Shown piece by piece: positions 37,474 through 45,758 of a stretch of DNA of 64,000 nt (positions are counted from its first letter, which is position 1; every line of letters starts with the position of its first letter). The position numbers were made by a program, and so were the translations under genes. This stretch comes from a virus. The stretch covers positions 64,001 through 128,000 of the IMG/VR virus record IMGVR_UViG_3300049427_000004; one strand, given 5' to 3'. The notes under the pieces were generated by a model that did no database searches, was not told the DNA's origin, and saw only the letters and a program-made list of their open reading frames with translations.

Positions 37474-37593
37474 TTTAAGCGCTCCATTCGCGAATATGTA
37501 TTGTTTACTTCCTTAATTCAATAATACACTTTACATATATAAACTGTCAATAAAAACGTCACGTTTTCTATTTTTCATTTTAAACTATCCCTT

Positions 37594-37902
37594 TCATTGT
37601 ATAACCGTCTTCACAATCTCCTCTTCTCCATCAACCAATTCATAATAAATATCAATCTTATGACCAATTAAACGCTTTTGAAGCTGTGCCAGTGTTTCCC
37701 CTTTGCTTAGTTCAACATCTAACACCCAAAATGAACCGTCTGCTGCTTTTGCCGTATAAGCATATAGTTTGCCGTCATACTTATCATAGACAACGTTAGA
37801 GACGATCTGAGACGTTTTAAGAGTAGTTGAAGCATGAGCAAATGAATTAAGAGTGAAGAAGATTGACAGAGCGATTAAAAGAGCAGATAAACGTTTTAAC
37901 AT
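37594..37902 (-). CDS. Secreted hypothetical protein
   Basis: Signal peptide ending AHA; GGAGG RBS. Confidence 0.65.
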   Translation of the reverse strand: MLKRLSALLIALSIFFTLNSFAHASTTLKTSQIVSNVVYDKYDGKLYAYTAKAADGSFWVLDVELSKGETLAQLQKRLIGHKIDIYYELVDGEEEIVKTVIQ

Positions 37903-38087
37903 GGTATGGCCTCCATTTGATTTTAGTTTGTTTTTATAGTTACATGCGAATGCTTCATAATTGATTCACCGTATACACGTTTGAATCGTTCAACAATAGC
38001 AGTTCTACGCTCAACAGATTCTTTGCGGTCAGATCCGAATTCATATTGCATCCAATAGGATAGTTCATTGAATGCTTTAATCATGAG

Positions 38088-38423
38088 TTACTTCATTTTG
38101 TTGTAGCTCCCTTCTATTTTTCTAATTGCAGATACTACGTACTTTGGAACTATTTTATCATTTTCATCATATTGAATGCCTAGCCCATTATAATTGCTTT
38201 CCAATATCCTACGATACGTTAGACGACCAGAAAGATATAATATAAATTCAAATGCTTTTCCATTCATATTTTCTACTGTTCCTTGTAAAGTATAATTTGA
38301 AGATTTTCCAGTTGAATCAAACCATACAAATATAGACCACTTTTCACCGATATATACATATGAAGGAATCCCCCATACATCAGTAGATTCCCCTTCATAC
38401 TTGAATGATTTGTCTTTACTCAT
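38088..38423 (-). CDS. Hypothetical protein
   Basis: ORF track. Confidence 0.55.
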   Translation of the reverse strand: MSKDKSFKYEGESTDVWGIPSYVYIGEKWSIFVWFDSTGKSSNYTLQGTVENMNGKAFEFILYLSGRLTYRRILESNYNGLGIQYDENDKIVPKYVVSAIRKIEGSYNKMK

Positions 38424-38598
38424 TTACTTTCACAATCTCCAGTTCATCACTCCAATAATATTCTAAGAGGATTTTTTCATCAACTAATCTAACGTGATTG
38501 TGCCACTTCCCATTATGACATTCACTACTTAGTACATTAGCTATGTTTCCTGATGGAGTTACAACTTGAGACATCTTTTCATATTTTACATTTTTCAT
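38416..38598 (-). CDS. Hypothetical protein
   Basis: GGAG RBS. Confidence 0.55.
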   Translation of the reverse strand: MKNVKYEKMSQVVTPSGNIANVLSSECHNGKWHNHVRLVDEKILLEYYWSDELEIVKVNE

Positions 38599-38749
38599 GT
38601 TTAATCTCTCCGTTTCATTGTTTGGTTTCTTTGATAAATCTAATATAACATGCTTTTAAATGCTTTGCAATAGGTGTTTTTGTATATTGCAAAATACTTT
38701 TAAATGCTTTAAAATACCTTTATAAAGTGTTCACAGGGAGATGTTAATA

Positions 38750-38914
38750 ATGGCAGGTAGACCATCTAAACTAGACAAAAAAATTCGTGAAGCTATCTAC
38801 TTCGAGCCTGATTTGTTAGATTGGATAAGGCAACAAGCAGAAGAAAAGAAAACTACAACATCAACAATTATCAATTTATTAGTTGAGAAAGAAATGAAAC
38901 AGTCATCTGTTTAA
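38750..38914 (+). CDS. Ribbon-helix-helix (CopG-like) regulator, 54 aa
   Basis: Hand-translated MAGRPSKLDKKIREAIYFEPDLLDWIRQQAEEKKTTTSTIINLLV; GGGAG RBS. Confidence 0.65.
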   Translation: MAGRPSKLDKKIREAIYFEPDLLDWIRQQAEEKKTTTSTIINLLVEKEMKQSSV

Positions 38915-39191
38915 TTTTCAGTTGAATCTGCAAATAACCTATATCAATGTATCCTTAGTCGTAACTTTGGCTAGGGATTTTTATTGTCTAACACAAAAGG
39001 ACTGTTGCTATTGGAACAATGAGCAGACGAAATCCTGAATTCATTCGGTGGTGAAATCTTGTTATAGATGAAGGTAAAATAAATAAACAAATTATCCAAA
39101 AAGATTAATAAATAAGTTGACTTGTATAAGTGAAATATGATATATTTACATTAGGTATTTCTATGTCCATACATATGAAAGGAGTAAGAAA

Positions 39192-39398
39192 ATGAATCAA
39201 AAACATTATTTTTACTGCTATGACATGAAGCTATTTAATCATTTAAATCAAAACGGGATGAGATTCATTACTAAAGCAAGACATCATAAAACTGGAGATC
39301 TATTCAGTCTATATGAGCATACAGACGAATTATCTGCATTATTATCCGAATGGCAATCATCCAGCCTTGAAAAAGTAGTCCAAAAACAGGATGGATAA
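39192..39398 (+). CDS. Small conserved phage protein (FYCY...HHKT type)
   Basis: AAGGAG RBS. Confidence 0.6.
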   Translation: MNQKHYFYCYDMKLFNHLNQNGMRFITKARHHKTGDLFSLYEHTDELSALLSEWQSSSLEKVVQKQDG

Positions 39399-39924
39399 AA
39401 GTTATATGATTGTTGAGTTTTCCTCTCTTCTACTGTAATAAATGTATGTTTGCATATAGCCGATATTGACCACACCTTGCATTTTATATGTCCTGCATAC
39501 ACTTTTTTATTATCATACCTTGAACTTTTGCATCAAAAACGGGATATACCAGAGATTCTATAAAGGAGGTGAAAAAGTCAATGTTTATATGTGAAATATG
39601 GCTATTGCACAAAAATTGATGCTTGCACAAATGGTATATTGCATATGCCTGTTTTTGTGAAAGCCTTGAAATTATAGTCAAAAAACGGGATATACTTAAC
39701 TAAGATAAGTATTTGAAAGAACTAAAGTTAATATCTCATAAACGGGAAAATAAATTTCCCATTTATCTAGTAAAATATTTCACTACTTTTAAAGATTAAA
39801 ATCAAAGGAAAAAGTTAAGTTCAAAAGATAAGAACACTTGAAACATAGGATATTTTTATTCTACTTTATATTCAATATTATTTATGATTATTAATTATGA
39901 GAGTACTCAATGGAAAGCTAGGAG

Positions 39925-40755
39925 ATGGTTTATTTGTTATTTAATTATACGATGAAAAATATTAAAGTTAAGCAGAATTGGTTTGATTTAGATTCAGATA
40001 ATAAGTATAAAAAATTAGGTTATAAAGGTTTCTACATATACATATCTATGTTCAAATTTAGATTATACAGTCAGGAACAAAATTATATGTTTGTTACCTC
40101 TATTGCACTATTGAGAAAAGAAACAGGATACAAAACAGAGGAAATATTCGAATTATTGAAACTGCTTAAAACTTTAGGAATATTAACGTTTGATGGCTTA
40201 TCTAGATGGAGTTTATTGATTGATGATAATGGAAAAATAAAGGATAAAGAATTGATTGTCTGCTATGGTTCTGATGTCCCAATAGTTGATATTGTACCAG
40301 ATCCAAATAGAGAAGGTAAAACAAAAGAAATGCCCAGAACGGAAAAAGATAAATATATAAATGTTAGCTTAGACATTTTTCAATATTACAAGGATATTGG
40401 ATTGAGTGAACGCTATTACGGTTTATATTGTTTATTGCGCTTCTTTGGTGACATTAACACAGAAAATAAATCCTATATGAGTATTGAGAAAATGTCTGAT
40501 ACTCTAGGATATAATAAAGACAGTTTAAATAAGATGATCCATGAAATGAATAGAAAATATGTTTTGTATAGCAATAAGCGGAAGAATGGAAAAGGTGATT
40601 TTTACTTTGAACATCATTTGTGCAACAATGTAAAGAATTTAGCAATATTTCAACAGGATTGGATTAAGGATGGAATAGATAAGAATATAAAACAATGGGA
40701 CAAAAAGAAAGACCGAGAAAACAAGAGTAGAAAAACGAAAAAGAAAACAGAATAG
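39925..40755 (+). CDS. Putative replication initiator / winged-helix protein
   Basis: Two wHTH-like segments (SIALLRKETGY..., SIEKMSDTLGY...); long repeat-containing upstream region; inference. Confidence 0.5.
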   Translation: MVYLLFNYTMKNIKVKQNWFDLDSDNKYKKLGYKGFYIYISMFKFRLYSQEQNYMFVTSIALLRKETGYKTEEIFELLKLLKTLGILTFDGLSRWSLLIDDNGKIKDKELIVCYGSDVPIVDIVPDPNREGKTKEMPRTEKDKYINVSLDIFQYYKDIGLSERYYGLYCLLRFFGDINTENKSYMSIEKMSDTLGYNKDSLNKMIHEMNRKYVLYSNKRKNGKGDFYFEHHLCNNVKNLAIFQQDWIKDGIDKNIKQWDKKKDRENKSRKTKKKTE

Positions 40756-41182
40756 GATTATATGAGGATTGGCTTAATGCTGATCCTTTTTTTGTTTTGG
40801 CTGCTCAAAATGGATTGTAAGAGGTTTTAATGTGAGTTGTGGGATAATGTGAGGAATGAGGAGAAAAGGAAAAGAGAAGCCTTATGAGCTTCCCTCTGCT
40901 CTTATTATTTTGATTGCAGCTTAATATTTGTATAGATGTTTAAACGTCTTAGATCATTAATGTGACCGTCTAATCATGATTGAGTAAGTAAATCCAACAA
41001 TACTAATTATACTCACTGTAATGGCTGTTATTCGCATGTATGATGGATCACTGTCGGTAATCATGAATAGATATATGATGGATAATATTAAGGTGACAAG
41101 TGAGATATATCGAAGAGCTTTCATTTTTGCCAACTCCCTTCATTCCTTATGTAATAAAAATAGGAAGCTTATTAAGCTTCCC

Positions 41183-41614
41183 TTATTCATTCTCAATATA
41201 GAATTTACTATCCTTTTGAGTGATCCGATTAAATGAGAATACATTCTGTACAGGTTCATCTATAGCGTTAGCAATTTTATACATGGTTTTGACATCTAGG
41301 TTATCATCTTTAAATATTTGATTGATGCGCTGTTTAGTAACTCCAATCATATTTCCTAACTCCTCCTGAGTTATCCCTTTTGACTTTACAACCTCTTTAG
41401 ATCGATTCTCAAACCCTTCAGCTTTGAATATCGCTATTTGTTTATCAATGTATTTATCAGCTTCATTATCATAGTGTATCTCGTTACAATCGTTGCATTT
41501 TGTTGCAGGTATGTTTGGGATAACTAAAGCTTTATTATCGATGATTTTTTCTAAAGTATCTGTATATGAAATTAGATTTGAAGATCCACAGTATGAGCAG
41601 AATGGAATTTTCAT
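41183..41614 (-). CDS. YgiT/MqsA-type zinc-finger plus XRE HTH antitoxin
   Basis: CSYCGS...IPNIPATKCNDCNEIHY, then GITQEELGNMIGVTKQRI. Confidence 0.85.
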   Translation of the reverse strand: MKIPFCSYCGSSNLISYTDTLEKIIDNKALVIPNIPATKCNDCNEIHYDNEADKYIDKQIAIFKAEGFENRSKEVVKSKGITQEELGNMIGVTKQRINQIFKDDNLDVKTMYKIANAIDEPVQNVFSFNRITQKDSKFYIENE

Positions 41615-41659
41615 TTGTTAACACTCCTTTAATTTTAGTTTTGCGAGAAGCTATGGACA

Positions 41660-41947
41660 TTATTCCTTGTCCATAGCTGTAATGATTGAAATCCATTTAT
41701 CGGTATGTAGTATTTTGATGGCTAATCTATGATTGTTTGAGCCTCCTTCAATTTTGTATGATGTTATTCCATCTGGATTATCATCGTTTGTTCTTAGGAT
41801 TGTATGAGCGTTAACCAGTATGTCATGAACATCTTCACCTGTCAGGTTACGGTCAATCATTTGGTCTTTAGCGTGTTTGGTACGTGAGTACTTGTTTTCA
41901 GTTGCTAATCGATGTATTAGCGAAAGTATTTCTGACTGTGTAGCCAT
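41660..41947 (-). CDS. DUF4258 (RelE/MqsR-like) toxin
   Basis: YSRTKHAKDQMIDRNL...Y.IEG...IITAM; upstream of the antitoxin. Confidence 0.75.
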   Translation of the reverse strand: MATQSEILSLIHRLATENKYSRTKHAKDQMIDRNLTGEDVHDILVNAHTILRTNDDNPDGITSYKIEGGSNNHRLAIKILHTDKWISIITAMDKE

Positions 41948-42033
41948 TATAAATCATCTCCTCTCTATAAGTCAATTATACACTTTACTTTATGGAGATA
42001 CAAGAAAAAATTATTGATTAATATATTTTATTT

Positions 42034-43011
42034 TTAAGAGCCTATTTTGTAATAGGCTCTGTCTGTCTGTTTATTTTGGTTAGATATAATTGATTGATAC
42101 CACTCCTTGTTAATGTATTGGCTTATTGGTTTGTTGACATATGAAAATGTAAGACTAATTAATATTTGATTATCCTTTTTATATGGTGTCTCGTTTATTA
42201 CTTTAATCCAGAATGAATAATCAGAATCAATGAGTTCGCCTATTATAGTTTCGCTTATCGTGTTGCCATTCTTTAGTTTATTGTAAGCACCCATATGTTT
42301 ATTAACATCTCGTTGCCATTCGTTGTGTGACATGTCAAGATCGTAGTTTGTATTGTAGTATAGGAATGTATAACCTTCACTATTAACGCTTATTTCAGGC
42401 TGATTGGATTCTGAAGCAAATAGTTGTAAGTCTAATTGTAAGGAGTGTTGAGAAGCCTCTGAAGGCTCCTCAGTGACTATGTAAGCTAGATCTAGGTCTG
42501 ATTGTTCACAATAGTTATATGCTTCATTATAGGATAAGAATGAACGGTTATAGGCTATGTATGATTGTTCGGTTTGTACTGATTGTACTGGTTTTTCTTG
42601 AGTTTCTTGTTCATTTTCATTATTTACTTCATTGATTACTTCAACTGTTTGTGCTACTTGAATTTCTTCTACTTTAGTTTCATCAATAATATTGAAATGA
42701 GCTTTTAAACGTTGAATATAGTTCATTACTTTTTCTGCATCTTCATGAGTCTTAAGCATTCTATAAGCTACCTTCAACTGTTGTAGACCGTTTTGCTTAT
42801 TTACTTCTGATTGAACGGATTTAGTAGTGGATTCAAAAGTAATAGTGGATACAATCGTTTCACCTGCTTTGATAGCTGCTTGACGGTTATCGGCATAGAT
42901 TAGGAATTCTTCGATTTTACCGAACATGTCAACATTTAATTCATATGTGTAACCCATTTCAATAAAGTTGTAACCTTTACGTCCTTTTTTGGAAATAGTG
43001 AAGTATCTCAT
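42034..43011 (-). CDS. Hypothetical multidomain protein
   Basis: 325 aa with a low-complexity linker and an internal LQLDLQLFAS motif. Confidence 0.7.
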   Translation of the reverse strand: MRYFTISKKGRKGYNFIEMGYTYELNVDMFGKIEEFLIYADNRQAAIKAGETIVSTITFESTTKSVQSEVNKQNGLQQLKVAYRMLKTHEDAEKVMNYIQRLKAHFNIIDETKVEEIQVAQTVEVINEVNNENEQETQEKPVQSVQTEQSYIAYNRSFLSYNEAYNYCEQSDLDLAYIVTEEPSEASQHSLQLDLQLFASESNQPEISVNSEGYTFLYYNTNYDLDMSHNEWQRDVNKHMGAYNKLKNGNTISETIIGELIDSDYSFWIKVINETPYKKDNQILISLTFSYVNKPISQYINKEWYQSIISNQNKQTDRAYYKIGS

Positions 43012-43019
43012 AGTGAAAA

Positions 43020-44590
43020 CCTCTTCTCAATGTTTTATTTTATAATTCATTATAGCATGGATGGATTGAGTAAGTAAAGTGATTAGTTTACTTTAATTGA
43101 ATGAAATATTGATATGGATATGTGTGATTGATATGATGCTATAGTGTTCTATTGTGATAGGATATAAGGCTATTGTATGACCGTGTAAGACGTTGTGAGA
43201 CATTATGAGATAATGAGAATAGATATAGTGTAATGTGATGTATGATTGATTAGAGTTGATTGTGGGTAGTGTGAAGCGTTATAGAGTGTATGTAGAGAGA
43301 TCGTGAAAAGATAGATAATAATATGGATGTGATAAGTTATATTAATAAGATATAGATAGTGATAGATAATAGTTATAAGTTGTGTTGAGCATTGTTAATG
43401 GGACATTATACGTCCCGATTATAGAGTTATATGGATATGATAAGTTATTCTTATTGATATGACATATTGATAGATAAAACTTATCTGTTGTCATGTAGTT
43501 GATGGTTAGATAATTATGTGATATCTATTTGATGTGGTAGTATAGGGTTAATAATACAGTATAGCAGAATGATACAGATTTTTGTTAACCTAATATAGAT
43601 TGTTTCAGTTAACATATATAGATGATTGTTAACTAACATTGAATATACAAGGTTAACATATATAGATATGACTAAATGACCAAATTAGAATTCTAGTCAC
43701 TTAACAATTCGGTGCTATGTTACTATAGCGATTTGGAGCTAAGAAGAAAACTTTTATTTTTTTTACTGGTCAATGCTGTTTCATCTGTCCTCCCTCTGAC
43801 CTCACTGGATCGTGGATATCAGTGGCAGACTATACCCTAATCAGTATGTCATTAATAAAGATAGGGTGATGAAATCGGAGTTTTAATTGATGAATATTAG
43901 GCTCATTTCCTCTATTCCGTACGAATGTATATTCGTTGGGAGTGAAAATGTATAGTAATGACAAGGGATGGACGGTCATGGAGTGAGTACCATGCATAGG
44001 TGGGGGGGATGGTTTACATCCAAAAATTGTAAAATATTGAGCAATGGGCGGCTATCTGTTCATCTTCCACACTCAACTTATAATCTCATTCGATATCCAT
44101 TTCATTTCTATTTTTACCTCCATCCACTCTATTCCTATCCATCTACTCAACTTTTCATCCCCACTCAAATCCCACTCAATTTCACCTCTCTCACACCCTC
44201 CTGCTATCGTATTTGCTATCGATCACCTATCGTTAAAACTCAATGTTTATCTACATTTTCACTTTCACCTTATCTCCTCTAATCATCACATTTTCACCAA
44301 TTCCTACCTACATTCACCCATTATCCACCTATCCAATCACCTCTACTCTCAATTTTCCCTTATTTTATCTACCTTTTCACGATACACTCTACTCTTCAGC
44401 AAATCACCTACCATATACAATATCTCCTAATCGCTCTCAATCCCATATAAACTCTACACTTTCCATCTATTCACAGCTCCCAATTCAAACTCTACCGATA
44501 GCACAATTTTCCCTCATCGATAACATATCCTATATATCACCTTTACAGGGGAGGGGGATACTTTAACATCAAAAAATAAAGCAGCTACCC
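43020..44590. other. 1.5-kb non-coding region with a G-rich left arm and a C-rich right arm
   Basis: 43081-43140 G13/C2; 43201-43260 G15/C1; 44101-44160 C21/G0; 44281-44340 C23/G0. Confidence 0.8.
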
Positions 44591-44595
44591 ATATA

Positions 44596-45525
44596 CTAGG
44601 TAACTGCCAATTTTTCATTTATATATTTCTCTTCGTATCTCTCAAACATCCCATCATATGTATAGCTATCCTTTTTCTTTTTTATAATAGCCTCACATTT
44701 AACAATAAACTTAGGAAACAAATAATGATCCTTGCACATTTTATAGATATTATAATCATATTGCTCAATTTCACTAAACATGTTAATTGCCTCTTCTATA
44801 TTCCCCCATGCATTACACTCAACTTTTTCTCTAATTTCTAGTACTGTAAATTCACCTTCAACTGTACTGATAACATCATTATCTCCATATACAGAAGAGT
44901 AATCATTTACCTCTTGTATATATCTGTTCAATTTATCATGATAATAAAACTTACCAGAGTCTATTTTAATTCTGCCATCAGACTCCATCCTCTTTAGCAA
45001 CTTCTCTACTCCCTGTGATTTATATCCCATTTGATTTGCCCACTCAGAAATAGATATCCTATGCTCAGAATTTTTCCATTTTGCTATATATGAGAATATA
45101 AAAAACTCCTTAGCATTAACTGATCTATCAAACATCCAATGCTCTATTACAGTAAATCGTTTAGGAGTTGTTTTCAGTAGATATATCTTCATAGGCTGCA
45201 TAAATTTATTAGTAACCTTTTCATCTAATACTTTCATATGTATAAAGCCTTTATCTTGCAAACCAATCAATGCATTATAAACACTAACAAAATTCTTGCT
45301 GGACACCTTCTGTAATTGTGCAGATATGGATAGCATATGAACATTAGTAAACACAATACTCTTATGTATATCATGATTCAATCTGCTGATACAATATAGA
45401 ACATATAACTCATCAATTTTATTCTTATCCTCTAACCAATCCTCAAAAAATGAATTATCAACTTTTATATTATACTCATATAGATTATACATACACTCCA
45501 AATCCAACTGTCGAATCAAATCCAA
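44596..45525 (-). CDS. Putative replication initiator / winged-helix protein
   Basis: ISISEWANQMGYKSQGVEKLLKRMESDGRI wHTH; iterons directly upstream. Confidence 0.55.
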   Translation of the reverse strand: MDLIRQLDLECMYNLYEYNIKVDNSFFEDWLEDKNKIDELYVLYCISRLNHDIHKSIVFTNVHMLSISAQLQKVSSKNFVSVYNALIGLQDKGFIHMKVLDEKVTNKFMQPMKIYLLKTTPKRFTVIEHWMFDRSVNAKEFFIFSYIAKWKNSEHRISISEWANQMGYKSQGVEKLLKRMESDGRIKIDSGKFYYHDKLNRYIQEVNDYSSVYGDNDVISTVEGEFTVLEIREKVECNAWGNIEEAINMFSEIEQYDYNIYKMCKDHYLFPKFIVKCEAIIKKKKDSYTYDGMFERYEEKYINEKLAVT

Positions 45526-45617
45526 AAAATCTCACTCCCTTCCCTTTCGTTCTTGAATTTTAAAGTTTTTTATTTTTAAGTTCTTTCTTTTAAAGACATT
45601 TATATCTCCCCACTTTT

Positions 45618-45747
45618 GGTAAAAATTTTTACCTGAAATCAGTACTTTTTATTACTTTAGGTAAGATTTTTTACCTAAAATATTTCTTTCTGGTGAATTT
45701 TCTTACCTAAAATATAATCTTTATTATTTGAGGTAAAAATTTTCACC
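45618..45747. repeat. Four 16-bp palindromic iterons
   Basis: GGTAAAAATTTTTACC 45618, GGTAAGATTTTTTACC 45660, GGTGAATTTTCTTACC 45692, GGTAAAAATTTTCACC 45732. Confidence 0.85.
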
Positions 45748-45758
45748 AGAAATATATC

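Noticed and set aside
43922-43935. LexA box in the skew region
   Set aside because: CGAATGTATATTCG lacks the conserved C and G of GAAC/GTTC in both halves.
43968-44566. Plus-strand ORFs of 104-128 aa in the track
   Set aside because: His/Ser/Pro/Ile-rich translations are by-products of the G-free skew; no RBS and all overlap each other.
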